A stretch of 64,000 bases of DNA from Methanobacteriota archaeon (GCA_005878665.1 VBLR01000114.1:3945-67944), one strand, 5' to 3'; shown: positions 37,427-46,640, numbered from the stretch's first letter. A program made the numbers and translations. Notes: generated from the letters alone by a model not told the origin.

Positions 37427-38370
37427 GCGTGCCGTCCGCGGCGGAAGTCGAGCACGCGGACTGGCCGACGCTCCAACGGATGTGCGGATCGCTCGGGCTG
37501 AACCCGAAAGGCCGAAGCGGAGTCGTCCGCATGCGGGTCCTTGAACACCTACGTCGACGCGGCCGCCCAGAACCTTGGCGCGCTGGACGAGACCACATGG
37601 CTGCATTGCTCACGCGACTCGGGTTCCCGGATCTTTCCGAGGATCTGTGGGAGTCCGCAATCCGGCTCGACGCGCCCGCCCCGTGGGTCGGTCTTGGACA
37701 AGCGCAGGTCGCCGGCGGATTCCTCGGTGAAGCGGTCAAATCGTTCGACCGCGCGGCCCAGATGGGCGACGCATCCGCTCTGCTCCACCGAGCTGAGGCG
37801 CTTGGCGCGGGAGGCGACTACGATCGCGCCATCGCCGCGTGCGAGTCGTATCTTGCGAGCCACCCCGGGGATCTCCGAGCGCTCGGCATGAAAGCGGATT
37901 TCCTCGTTCGATCCGGGTTCAAGGAAGAAGCGGGGCGTGTCCTCCGGGCGGCGGCCGACTTCCATCCCGAATTTCCGTTTCTTAGGCCGGCGGCGGGTAC
38001 CGCGTTCCTCAAGGCGGGGCGTCCGGAGGTGGCCGTCGACTCGTTCGGACCGTCGACGCGCGCGGATGCGACCGGCATCGAAGGAGCGCTGAATCGCGGG
38101 GCCGCACTCCTCGTCCTTGGACGAACGCGAGAGGCGATCGACATTTTCCAGAAAGCGCTGGAGACCGACCCTGATCGCGCGGAAGCCCTCAACAATCTCG
38201 GCGTCGCTCATCTTCAGATGGACGAGCGACAGGCGGCGGCGTCGAACCTGGCCCGTGCCGCGAAGCTGGTCGACTCTCCGCAGATCCGGCTCAACCTCGC
38301 GAAGGTCCCGAAAGCGGCCCCCCGTGACAAAGCCAAAAAGCCCGCCGCGCGCAAGAAAGAGAAGCCGTAA
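37405..38370 (+). CDS. HeH/SAP-like N-terminal domain + TPR protein with Lys-rich C-terminal tail
   Basis: The N-terminus (WPTLQRMCGSLGLNPKGRSGVVRMRVLEHL) resembles a Rho-N/SAP motif. TPR repeats follow, and the tail is KAKKPAARKKEKP. The start is ATG 37405 or GTG 37423 (GTGA overlap). Confidence 0.55.
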   Translation: MSRGDSVSVPSAAEVEHADWPTLQRMCGSLGLNPKGRSGVVRMRVLEHLRRRGRPEPWRAGRDHMAALLTRLGFPDLSEDLWESAIRLDAPAPWVGLGQAQVAGGFLGEAVKSFDRAAQMGDASALLHRAEALGAGGDYDRAIAACESYLASHPGDLRALGMKADFLVRSGFKEEAGRVLRAAADFHPEFPFLRPAAGTAFLKAGRPEVAVDSFGPSTRADATGIEGALNRGAALLVLGRTREAIDIFQKALETDPDRAEALNNLGVAHLQMDERQAAASNLARAAKLVDSPQIRLNLAKVPKAAPRDKAKKPAARKKEKP

Positions 38371-38417
38371 CTCCCCGTTCGGAAACAATCAATACGGTTC
38401 GTGTCGTAGCGGAACCG

Positions 38418-39080
38418 GTGCCGGTCCGGTCAACGGAATGGGAGGGCGTCTACACCGACGGGCCGTGGCTCCTCACTCGGAATCTGGTCCCTGGTGCCGT
38501 CGTGTACGGCGAAGGCCTCGTCCATGGGAGAGACGGGGAATTCCGTCGGTGGGATGCGAACCGGAGCAAGCTCGCTGCGTATCTCAAACGGGGAGGACAG
38601 GTGTGGCCGTTCCGTGGTCGCTCATCCGTCCTGTACCTGGGTGCGGGCAGCGGAACCACCGCGAGCCATGTTTCCGACGTCTGCGCGGACGGAACGGTCG
38701 CCGCGGTCGAAATCTCACCGCGGTCCTTCCGGGGTCTTCTCGCGCTTTCGGAAAAGAGGCCGAATCTCATTCCGATCCTCGGCGACGCCGCGAAGCCAGA
38801 ATCGTACGGCGCCCGGATCGGCTCCGTGGACGTCCTGTACCAGGATGTCGCTCAGCGAGATCAAGATGGGATTTTCCTTCGGAACCTCGATCTGCTGCGA
38901 TCCGGTGGGATCGGATTCCTGATGGTGAAGTCGAGATCGGCGGATGTCTCCGCGTCGCCCGCAACCGTCTTCGATTCGACAAAACGCGCACTGGCCCACG
39001 CCCGTGTCGACCTCGTCGACTTTCGGTACCTCGAGCCCTTCCAAGCGGATCACGGCGCGTTCGTCGTCCGGAAATCCTAG
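38418..39080 (+). CDS. flpA: Fibrillarin-like rRNA/tRNA 2'-O-methyltransferase
   Basis: Conserved VYGE...RxW...RSKLAA...VLYLGAGSGTTASHVSDV...VAAVEISPRS...DVLYQDVAQ motifs. GTG start. Confidence 0.85.
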   Translation: MPVRSTEWEGVYTDGPWLLTRNLVPGAVVYGEGLVHGRDGEFRRWDANRSKLAAYLKRGGQVWPFRGRSSVLYLGAGSGTTASHVSDVCADGTVAAVEISPRSFRGLLALSEKRPNLIPILGDAAKPESYGARIGSVDVLYQDVAQRDQDGIFLRNLDLLRSGGIGFLMVKSRSADVSASPATVFDSTKRALAHARVDLVDFRYLEPFQADHGAFVVRKS

Positions 39081-39098
39081 GCGCATCTCCCGAGCCGC

Positions 39099-39108
39099 GG
39101 GCTCAATC
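39099..39108 (+). promoter_or_regulatory. TATA-like box (TCTTAAATAC) upstream of rps15
   Basis: Lies ~25 nt upstream of ATG 39128 and ~50 nt upstream of ATG 39155. Confidence 0.4.
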
Positions 39109-39154
39109 TTAAATACGATTCCGCGGTATGCGCAGCCCCTCCCCGAGGAAACCG

Positions 39155-39610
39155 ATGGCTCGCATCCATGCGCACCGCAAGGGAAAGAGCGGATCGACCC
39201 GACCGTACCTGAAGGCGAATCCGGAATGGGTCGGGATGGAAAAGGCGGAGATCGAGGAGACGATCGTCCGCTTGCACCAGGAGGGTCTGTCGACGGCCTC
39301 CATCGGCGTGCGGCTCAGAGACGCCTACGGCGTGCCGAACGTGCGCCTCGCGACGGGTCGGAGCGTGACTCAGATTCTCTCGTCCAAAGGGACGAAATTC
39401 GCGCTGCCGGAGGATCTCGCCAGTCTGATCAAACGCGCCACGAGCCTTCAGACACATCTGAAGGATCATCGGAAGGACCTGAGCAACCGACGCGGCCTGG
39501 AATTGATCGAGTCGCGCATCCGCCGTCTGTCCCGGTACTACAAGTCGCGCGGCGTCCTGCCCTCCGACTGGGACTATTCCTTGAAGCTCGCGGAGCTGCA
39601 AGTGAAGTAG
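39155..39610 (+). CDS. rps15: 30S ribosomal protein S15 (uS15, archaeal S13e type)
   Basis: The N-terminus (MARIHAHRKGKSGSTRP) and C-terminal helical region match archaeal S15. A possible 9-aa extension from ATG 39128 if the transcript is leaderless. Confidence 0.85.
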   Translation: MARIHAHRKGKSGSTRPYLKANPEWVGMEKAEIEETIVRLHQEGLSTASIGVRLRDAYGVPNVRLATGRSVTQILSSKGTKFALPEDLASLIKRATSLQTHLKDHRKDLSNRRGLELIESRIRRLSRYYKSRGVLPSDWDYSLKLAELQVK

Positions 39611-39617
39611 GTGGCCC

Positions 39618-40988
39618 ATGGTCAAGGGCCTGGATGATCTGGCGCCCGAGGGCTTGCTCGATCGGGCCCGGAGGGCCGCGGCTCTCGTCGACGACGCCGC
39701 CCGGGTCCGCGTCTTCTGCCACTACGATCCGGACGGCACGACCTCCGCCTCGATCTTGGCGCGGGCCCTCATGCGCCGCGGCAAGCGAATCCACGCGACG
39801 ATGGCGCACGCGCTCGACCGGACGTCCGCCGCCCGCCTTGGGGAGGAAACGAACGAACTCCTGGTCGTGAGCGACATGGGATCGGGCCAGCTCGATCTCC
39901 TCGAAGGGCTTCCGTATCCGGTCGTCGTCCTTGATCACCATAAGCCGATCCGGGATTCGGAGACGATCGCTCACGTGAACCCCCATCTCTTCGGGGTCGA
40001 CGGGGCGCGAGAAATGTGCGGGGCGACGACGACATGGCTCTTCGCCCTCGTCCTCGACGAGCGGAACTGGGATCTGGCCGGGCCGGCCATGGCGGGCGCG
40101 ATTGGGGACAAACAAGCGGTCGGAGGTTTCGTCGGGGTGAACGCCGCGCTGTTCGAGGAAGCCAAGGAGAGGAAGGTCGTCGTCCTGGAACGCCGACTCG
40201 CTTTACGGGATCTGCCGCTCGGCAAGGCGATCGCCCTTTCGATCGAACCGTACTTCCGAGGCCTGTCCGGGCGGCCCGACGCCGCGGAGGACTTTCTTCG
40301 CACGGTAGGCTTTGATCCGGCTGCGAGCCTTCGCGATCTCGACGCAGGCGGCCGCCGAAAGCTCACGTCCATTCTGGCCGCCCGGCTCGTGGAGCAGCAC
40401 GCGGCCCCGGAGGCGCTTGATGTCCTCGTTGCGGATCGATACTGGATCGAACCCGACCAGATGTACGCCCACGACCTCGAGGCGTACGTGAACAGTTGCG
40501 ACCGTCTCGGCCAGGAAGGGCTCGGGATGGCCGTCTGCCTCGGGGATCGTGACGCGCTCGCGAGGGCCGAGAAGCTGCTTGAGGAATACACCTCGAAGGT
40601 CCTCGGTTACCTCGTCTCGCTCGAGTCCAAAGGTCTATTCCCGAAGAAGCACATTCAGTTTTTCTACTGCGAAGACGCAAGCTTGGCCGGCGTCGTCGCG
40701 GGAACCGGCATGCTGTTCTTCTTCGATCAAACGCGACCGACCCTCGGGCTCTCCGTCCTCGATGGCATCACGAAGGTGTCCGCCCGCGGCACCCGCTCGC
40801 ACATCGCCGCCGGGGTCGACCTCGCGGTCGCATTGCGGGAGGCCGCGTCCGGGGTCTCGGGGAACGGCGGCGGTCACAACATCGCATCGGGCGCGACAAT
40901 CCCGAAGGGCAAGGAGGATCGGTTTCTCACCCAGGTGGACGAGATTGTGGGACGCCAATTCGAAGCCACGCGGACGAACGATCAATAG
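39618..40988 (+). CDS. DHH-family phosphoesterase, archaeal RecJ-like/GAN nuclease
   Basis: 456 aa with DHH motifs (HYDPDGTTSA; VVLDHH) and a DHHA1-like C-domain. Lies downstream of rps15, a common archaeal arrangement. Confidence 0.75.
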   Translation: MVKGLDDLAPEGLLDRARRAAALVDDAARVRVFCHYDPDGTTSASILARALMRRGKRIHATMAHALDRTSAARLGEETNELLVVSDMGSGQLDLLEGLPYPVVVLDHHKPIRDSETIAHVNPHLFGVDGAREMCGATTTWLFALVLDERNWDLAGPAMAGAIGDKQAVGGFVGVNAALFEEAKERKVVVLERRLALRDLPLGKAIALSIEPYFRGLSGRPDAAEDFLRTVGFDPAASLRDLDAGGRRKLTSILAARLVEQHAAPEALDVLVADRYWIEPDQMYAHDLEAYVNSCDRLGQEGLGMAVCLGDRDALARAEKLLEEYTSKVLGYLVSLESKGLFPKKHIQFFYCEDASLAGVVAGTGMLFFFDQTRPTLGLSVLDGITKVSARGTRSHIAAGVDLAVALREAASGVSGNGGGHNIASGATIPKGKEDRFLTQVDEIVGRQFEATRTNDQ

Positions 40989-41581
40989 TTGTCCAAGAGG
41001 CGACTCACTTCGCGGGATTCGAGGTCCGTCTTGAGCGCGGGTGACTCCAGGACCTTCATGTTCCGCTCGAGGAGGGCGAGCTCTTTCTCCTCCAGGGTGT
41101 CCGGGCTCACGGGGAGCAGGATGATCGCCCGTCGCTGCATGACGAACTCGTTCACGTGTTCCACGAACATGAGCGTCTGCAGAAATCCGTTGTTGATGAC
41201 CAAGTACTCCAAGCCATCCAGGAGGACCGCGCCTTCGCCGTTGTTGTCCTCGATGAACTTCTGGATGACTTTCGCGAGCGTGCCGATTGCCGTCGGGTTG
41301 TGGTAATCCTCGCCGGGCGTGTGGCTGAGCCAGATGATTCGGACTTCCGTGAGGCCCCGCTCGCGGCGCACGCGGTCCGGGTACTGGCGGGTGATGCACA
41401 GGCCCGGAATTTTCTGGGCGAGTAGCATTTCAAAGAGTCGGAAACTCAGTTCGGGCTTCTTCTCTTTCACGAGATAGCAGACGCCCTTCTCGAGCTCCAT
41501 GGGCATCGCAGAGCGAAGTGCCTCAGCCTCCGTGCCCATTTCGCCCTCCTGAGGTTGCACCCATCCCATCGGTTTCTCCAT
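40982..41581 (-). CDS. DUF835 domain protein
   Basis: 199 aa with the DUF835-like core (CYLVKE...GLCITRQYP...IIWLS...AVLLDGLEYLV). Recalled from the family pattern, not searched. Confidence 0.5.
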   Translation of the reverse strand: MEKPMGWVQPQEGEMGTEAEALRSAMPMELEKGVCYLVKEKKPELSFRLFEMLLAQKIPGLCITRQYPDRVRRERGLTEVRIIWLSHTPGEDYHNPTAIGTLAKVIQKFIEDNNGEGAVLLDGLEYLVINNGFLQTLMFVEHVNEFVMQRRAIILLPVSPDTLEEKELALLERNMKVLESPALKTDLESREVSRLLDNY

Positions 41582-41586
41582 AGCGG

Positions 41587-42768
41587 CTATCGTCTCTTCA
41601 AACTTCGTTCCAGATTATCAATGAGCACCTTGGCCGGAATTTCCGGGAGAGAAATCAGCGTCGTCTTACCGACGACGCCCTCGCCACTCAATTTCGTGTC
41701 GACGAGGCCGAGCGCGTCAAGATCCCGCACATACTTCCAGAACTGGGTGTGGGCCCGCGGCTTCTGGTCGTACTCTTCGCACACCACGGCGTACGCCTCT
41801 TCGGCGTCGCCCATCGTGATGTACGCTTTCTTGCGACTCTTTCGGGCGATCGACAAGAGCACGAGTTTCTTTGGGACGTCGAGCAGACCGAGCCGCTCTT
41901 GGACGTCCGTCGGATGGACGTGGGCCTTCGCGCCGCGCACGTGCTCTGGGGCGACCTCCTCGAGGTTCTCCTCGTCGGCGAGCATGCCGGCCTTCTCGAG
42001 CAGCTCGATGGCATACCGTGCATCCCCGAACTCGGACGCGATATCCGCGATCAGGTCGATGAGGTCCTCGCCGACGGTGCCCGGGTGCAACGCGAGTTGC
42101 ACGCGGCCCGTGACGATGTCCCGGAGCTCCCCTCGATCGTACTTCGGGAACTCGACGACGTTGGATCGGCGGAACGTGCTGAGCGCGGCTCGGTCCATGT
42201 ACTCCAACGCGTTCGGCCGTTGCGAGATCAGGATCATCGAGATGTTGCCCTTCGAGGCGATTGTCTCCTCGGCGATCCGAGCGAACGAGTAGATCAGGTC
42301 CGCGCCGCTCTTCTTCAGGAGGGCGTCCACTTCGTCCAAGATCACGATGAAGTGAAGCCGGTGCTTCTCGAGATGCCGCCGCAACGTCTCCATCTTCTCT
42401 GCAATCGAGAATCCCCGTTCGGGGAAGTGGGCGTCAAAATGCTGGATCAGCCGGAGCAGGACCGCGTCGTCCCCCATCCGCTGGCGACAGTTCACGAGAT
42501 CCCAGTCGACGGCCCGATCCGATTCCGACGCGTATTTCTTGAAATCGAGGCAGAAGCGCTTCGCCGTGTGGGTCTTCCCGGTTCCCACGGGCCCATACAG
42601 GAAGGCGTTGCTCGAGGCTCCCGCCCCGACGATGGGCCGCAGGAGGCTGAAGAGCCGCTGCGTCTGCCCCTCCCGATGGACCATCTTTTCGGGGAGGTAG
42701 TCGAACGACAGTTTCCCTTGGTCCTTGAAGACGGAGGGCCCGGCCCGGAACGACACAATCGACGCCAA
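41587..42768 (-). CDS. cdc6: Orc1/Cdc6 replication initiation protein (AAA+ with C-terminal winged helix)
   Basis: 393 aa with Walker A (GPVGTGKT), Walker B (VILDEVD), sensor motifs and a winged-helix C-terminus. Confidence 0.9.
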   Translation of the reverse strand: MASIVSFRAGPSVFKDQGKLSFDYLPEKMVHREGQTQRLFSLLRPIVGAGASSNAFLYGPVGTGKTHTAKRFCLDFKKYASESDRAVDWDLVNCRQRMGDDAVLLRLIQHFDAHFPERGFSIAEKMETLRRHLEKHRLHFIVILDEVDALLKKSGADLIYSFARIAEETIASKGNISMILISQRPNALEYMDRAALSTFRRSNVVEFPKYDRGELRDIVTGRVQLALHPGTVGEDLIDLIADIASEFGDARYAIELLEKAGMLADEENLEEVAPEHVRGAKAHVHPTDVQERLGLLDVPKKLVLLSIARKSRKKAYITMGDAEEAYAVVCEEYDQKPRAHTQFWKYVRDLDALGLVDTKLSGEGVVGKTTLISLPEIPAKVLIDNLERSLKRR

Positions 42769-42832
42769 GGCGGCGGACGCGCATAACCTTTGCCTCCGAG
42801 ACCCGAAAGCCCATCAAGGGAACCGCGGATGG

Positions 42833-43204
42833 CGGGACGTGGCGGACCGCTTCTTCTGTTTCGCATGCGGGCGCGACCATCGGACCGGGACCTCGATTGC
42901 GCGGGACCATAAGCGATACAGCATCGAGGGCGGGTACGAGTCGGGTGGGATCTTCTCCGACCTGCGCGAGTTCTACGTGCAGACGAAAGGGATCGAAGCG
43001 GCGTTTCGCATCCTCGGCTTCGCCGACGTCCGCGTGAATCCGCCCCGGTTCGGTCGAGGCTGGCCATCGCGCGCCGCGATCGAACGGGCGTATCGTGACC
43101 GGGCTCGGCGCCATCATCCCGACGCGGGCGGCGACCCGCGGGAGTTTCGAAAGGTCCAGTGGGCCGTCGAAGTCCTGCGGAGGTATCGGCCACCGGATGC
43201 ATGA
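42833..43204 (+). CDS. Small protein with Cys/His cluster and C-terminal J-domain (HPD motif)
   Basis: J-domain helices II-III (AIERAYRDRARRHHPDAGGDPREFRKVQWAVEVLRRY). The N-terminus has CFACGRDH...H. Start is uncertain: ATG 42725 overlaps the divergent cdc6 start; GTG 42833 is more plausible. Confidence 0.5.
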   Translation, partial: RDVADRFFCFACGRDHRTGTSIARDHKRYSIEGGYESGGIFSDLREFYVQTKGIEAAFRILGFADVRVNPPRFGRGWPSRAAIERAYRDRARRHHPDAGGDPREFRKVQWAVEVLRRYRPPDA

Positions 43205-43263
43205 GCGGTCGTCCGCAACGTTTATCGCGATCGGGACGATTGATTCGAACGGAGGTCAACCGG

Positions 43264-44769
43264 ATGGCCTCGTCCCCCCGCGAAGCTCTTTCCACGTTGC
43301 CCGACCCGGTCTTGCATGACTTGGCCAAGGTCCACGGGCTCGATCCGACGCGCTATCCGAATCGGACTTCGCTGATCGAAGCGCTTGCTTCGCTCGCTGA
43401 TGTGGAATCCCTTTTGGCAGAGGCGGAGCGCCGACGAATGGAATACCACCTTGAACGGCTTCGACCTAGACAGCTTCGGGAGCTGGGAGAGCGGCATCGG
43501 GTGAGCCTGCTCGGACTCAAGCGGAAGTCGGACCTGGTAGCCGCGCTCGCCACCGCTCCGGGTTCCTCCGAAATCCTCTTGGAGCTCGAAGCGCAAGACG
43601 CCGCGGATCGGGACGCCGGCTTCGTGCTGGGCCGTGACGCGGACGTCGACTACGAGCGGGTCGAGGAGCTCCTCGAGCAAGCTCGCAAGAGGTTCCAAGA
43701 ACGACAATTCGAAGCCGCGCTGACCGCAGCGCAAGAAGCATCCCGCATCGCGGAGCGGACGACGGAGCAGCTCCGACGCGCATCCTGGTCGTACGCCGTC
43801 CTCGCCGCGCAAGGGCTCTTGGAGCCGTGCGACCCGGAGGACCCGGACACCGTAAAGGCCCGCGCGCTCCTCGACCGGGCCCGCGACGTCTTCTTCCAAG
43901 GCCAGACCATGGACGATGCGTTCCTCCAAGACCTGGTCCGAGCCGCGGAGGTGGCCCATGCGCGCGAAGCGGACCGGGTGCGGGAGCTGCTCGCCCTCAC
44001 CCGGGACTCGATTCGTGAGGCCGCGAACCTCGGCGCATCGATTGCTATGGCCGAGGACGCCTGGAAGCGAGGGGGCGACTCCCTGGACCGGGATCAGCTT
44101 TCTGCGGCGCGGGAGAGCTTCGTCGAGGCCGGCCAGCGTGCGGAGGACGCGAGGCTTCGACGAATTCGCGAGGTCGAGGAATCGGTCGGATTCGTCTCCG
44201 ATCACATCGCCCTCGCCCGGAACGTCGGCGCAGACACGGAGGAGGCGGAGCAGCTCCATCAAGCCGCGCGGACCGCGGTCGCCGTCGGAGAGCACGGCCA
44301 CGCCGGCGATCTGCTCAAGCGGGCGGAGCGGCTCGCGATGAAAGGCCAGCAACGACAAATCGAGCGGGCGATGCAGCTCCGCCAGGCCCAGGTCGAGAAG
44401 GCCCAAGCGATCATCGGCGCGTGCGAGCCCGTTTTGAAGGAGGCGGAGTCGTACGACCTCAGTGCGACCGAAGTTCGCGTGCTCCTTCGGCAGGCGCAAG
44501 ACGTCCTCACGAAAGGGGACTACCTGGCCGGGCTCACATTCGCGCGAAACGCGGAGGAGGCGGCTCAGCGGCTCGAGGCGCAGGTCGCCGACGAGCGTCG
44601 TCGGCGCGGGATTCAGAAACCAGCCTCGGGCACGTGCGGGGTGTGCCGCTCCACCTGCGTCACGTTCGAGGACGATGGATGGGGCCGCTGTGAGGATTGC
44701 GGGAACACGTTCCGATGGCGCGGCCCGTTCGGGGTTTGGGAGCGCCTGAAGGCAATCCTGATTCCGTAG
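43264..44769 (+). CDS. Two HeH/SAP-like motifs + long coiled coil + C-terminal zinc ribbon (hypothetical)
   Basis: Starts at MASSPREALSTLPDPVLHDLAKVHGLDPTRYPNRTSLIEAL, with a second copy (LRELGERHRVSLLGLKRKSDLVAAL). About 350 aa of Ala/Glu/Arg-rich helix follows. The C-terminus has CGVC...C...CEDCGN. Confidence 0.55.
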   Translation: MASSPREALSTLPDPVLHDLAKVHGLDPTRYPNRTSLIEALASLADVESLLAEAERRRMEYHLERLRPRQLRELGERHRVSLLGLKRKSDLVAALATAPGSSEILLELEAQDAADRDAGFVLGRDADVDYERVEELLEQARKRFQERQFEAALTAAQEASRIAERTTEQLRRASWSYAVLAAQGLLEPCDPEDPDTVKARALLDRARDVFFQGQTMDDAFLQDLVRAAEVAHAREADRVRELLALTRDSIREAANLGASIAMAEDAWKRGGDSLDRDQLSAARESFVEAGQRAEDARLRRIREVEESVGFVSDHIALARNVGADTEEAEQLHQAARTAVAVGEHGHAGDLLKRAERLAMKGQQRQIERAMQLRQAQVEKAQAIIGACEPVLKEAESYDLSATEVRVLLRQAQDVLTKGDYLAGLTFARNAEEAAQRLEAQVADERRRRGIQKPASGTCGVCRSTCVTFEDDGWGRCEDCGNTFRWRGPFGVWERLKAILIP

Positions 44770-44820
44770 GCCCCGGGGCGCGGCCATAGTCTTTTAACGA
44801 GTCCCCAGAATTCCACGCGG

Positions 44821-45774
44821 ATGGCGAAGCGCGACCTCCTCCGGCGGAAGGTCGAGGACATCGACGTGTCCCCGTCTTCGGAGGTCGCGCGACTCGTCGA
44901 AGCGATGGGTCGTGGAGGCGGCTTCACGGCGAAGAAAATCGCCGTTGGCGTCGAGATCCTCCGGACCATGTTCCGCCGACCGGCCTGCACGACCTTCCTC
45001 TCGTTCCCCGCCGCCCTCATGGCCACCGGGGTCCGCGGTGTCCTGCGCGCCCTCGTCGAGGAGAGGCTCGTCGACGTCGTGGTGACGACGTGCGGCACCG
45101 CCGATCACGATCTCGCGCGGGTGTGGCAGCCGTACTACCATGGCGACTTCGAAATGGACGACGTCGCCTTGCATCGTCTCGGAGTGAACCGCCTCGGGAA
45201 CGTCCTCATCCCGAACGCGTCGTACGGCATCGTCCTGGAGAAGAAAATCCAGCCGATGCTGCGCGACCTGTGGGACTCCGGCCTCCGGGCGCCGTCCACG
45301 CGCGAATTGCTTTGGGAGCTCGGCCGGCGCGCCGGAAGCCGTCAATCGCTGCTCTGGTGGGCGTGGAAGAACCGCATTCCCGTTGTCGTGCCCGCGATTT
45401 TCGATGGGGCGGTCGGGTACCAGCTCTGGTCGTTCTGGCAGGAGCACAAGGCGTTTGCGATTGACCAGTTGCGGGACGAAGCGGAGCTCGCCGACCTCGT
45501 CTTCACGGCCAAGGAAACGGCCGCCCTCATGATCGGCGGCGGCGTCTCCAAACATCACACGATCTGGTGGAACCAATTCCGAGGCGGGCTCGACTACGCG
45601 GTGTACATCACGACGGCCCCAGAATGGGACGGGAGCCTGAGCGGAGCACGGGTACGGGAAGGGATCTCTTGGGGCAAAGTGAAGGAGACCGCGAAGCAGG
45701 TGACGATTGAAGGGGACGCGTCCGCAATTCTGCCAATGATGATTGCCGCGGCGCTCGGCCGCCCCCACCGATGA
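44821..45774 (+). CDS. dys: Deoxyhypusine synthase
   Basis: 317 aa with the DHS family pattern and NAD-binding glycine motifs (TTCGTADHD; MIGGGVSKHH; the ISWGKVK lysine region). Confidence 0.85.
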   Translation: MAKRDLLRRKVEDIDVSPSSEVARLVEAMGRGGGFTAKKIAVGVEILRTMFRRPACTTFLSFPAALMATGVRGVLRALVEERLVDVVVTTCGTADHDLARVWQPYYHGDFEMDDVALHRLGVNRLGNVLIPNASYGIVLEKKIQPMLRDLWDSGLRAPSTRELLWELGRRAGSRQSLLWWAWKNRIPVVVPAIFDGAVGYQLWSFWQEHKAFAIDQLRDEAELADLVFTAKETAALMIGGGVSKHHTIWWNQFRGGLDYAVYITTAPEWDGSLSGARVREGISWGKVKETAKQVTIEGDASAILPMMIAAALGRPHR

Positions 45775-45784
45775 TCCAAACCGG

Positions 45785-46003
45785 TCACTTGATGAGCCAG
45801 TAGCCCGCAGCCTTTTCGCGCGCCCGGCGCTTCGCGTAACCCTTCGACTGCAATTCCTGGAGCGCTTGGAGGACGAAATTCTTCGGGAGCTTGGACATCT
45901 TGGTGATCGCCTCCGCGTCGCGCATCTTGTCTTCCGACGTGATGCCGGCGGACTTCATCGTGTCGTAGACCTTGTTCGCTCGGTCAGAAACGTCTTCGAG
46001 GGG
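45785..46003 (-). CDS. Small winged-helix DNA-binding protein
   Basis: 72 aa (MPLEDVSDRANKVYDTMKSAGITSEDKMRDAEAITKMSKLPKNFVLQALQELQSKGYAKRRAREKAAGYWLIK). The composition is non-biased, unlike the R-rich upstream part of the track ORF. Confidence 0.45.
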   Translation of the reverse strand, partial: PLEDVSDRANKVYDTMKSAGITSEDKMRDAEAITKMSKLPKNFVLQALQELQSKGYAKRRAREKAAGYWLIK

Positions 46004-46045
46004 CATGCGCGAACCCTCCGTGCGCGGGCCGGAAACTCGGGGCGG

Positions 46046-46056
46046 TGTTAAATAAG
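46046..46056. promoter_or_regulatory. TATA-like box (GTTAAATAAGC) between divergent wHTH and NUDIX genes
   Basis: ATG 46078 lies ~25 nt downstream, a leaderless geometry. Confidence 0.4.
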
Positions 46057-46077
46057 CTTCCCATCTTGCGACGGCCC

Positions 46078-46605
46078 ATGTGCCCGGGAGTATGCAAGGA
46101 TCGACTCGCGGATGCCTTCGACCGGTTCGGACGGGTTCCGATCGAGAAGCGGAAAGCCATGGTTCTGCCGGACCACTCGGCATTCCGTACGACCGAGGAT
46201 CCGTTCTGGTCCGCCGGCGGCCTCCTTCATGACGGCGGAGGTCGTGTCCTCCTCATTCGCCATGTCGCCGGGTCCGGCTGGGGTGACGCGTGGGTCACCC
46301 CCGGTGGCCGGCTCGAGGAAGGGGAGACCACCGTGGACGGCCTGCGCCGCGAGGTGCGTGAGGAGGTAGGCCTGGATGCCCTGGAGCCGATCCTCACGCG
46401 CATTCTCCAGCAGACTTTTTCCGATGGCACCCGGGTCGCGCACGGCTACTTCGCGCAGTTCGTCGCGCGCGCGTCATCCGGCGTCCCGCGTCGGGGGCCT
46501 GACGTGCGGGAGGCGCGTTGGTTTGAGAGCTTGCCGCCCGACCTTGTATTTCGGGAGGACTATCTGGTGGATTTCCAGCGGTTCGTCGCGGCCGCAACCT
46601 TTTAG
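46078..46605 (+). CDS. NUDIX hydrolase
   Basis: Nudix box (GGRLEEGETTVDGLRREVREEVGL). Confidence 0.8.
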   Translation: MCPGVCKDRLADAFDRFGRVPIEKRKAMVLPDHSAFRTTEDPFWSAGGLLHDGGGRVLLIRHVAGSGWGDAWVTPGGRLEEGETTVDGLRREVREEVGLDALEPILTRILQQTFSDGTRVAHGYFAQFVARASSGVPRRGPDVREARWFESLPPDLVFREDYLVDFQRFVAAATF

Positions 46606-46640
46606 CGAATCCTCCGGATGGCAGGACCGGGGCCGGGACT

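Noticed and set aside
42769-42832. Origin-recognition-box repeats next to cdc6
   Set aside because: No inverted ORB-like repeats or AT-rich unwinding element recognisable in the 64-nt spacer.
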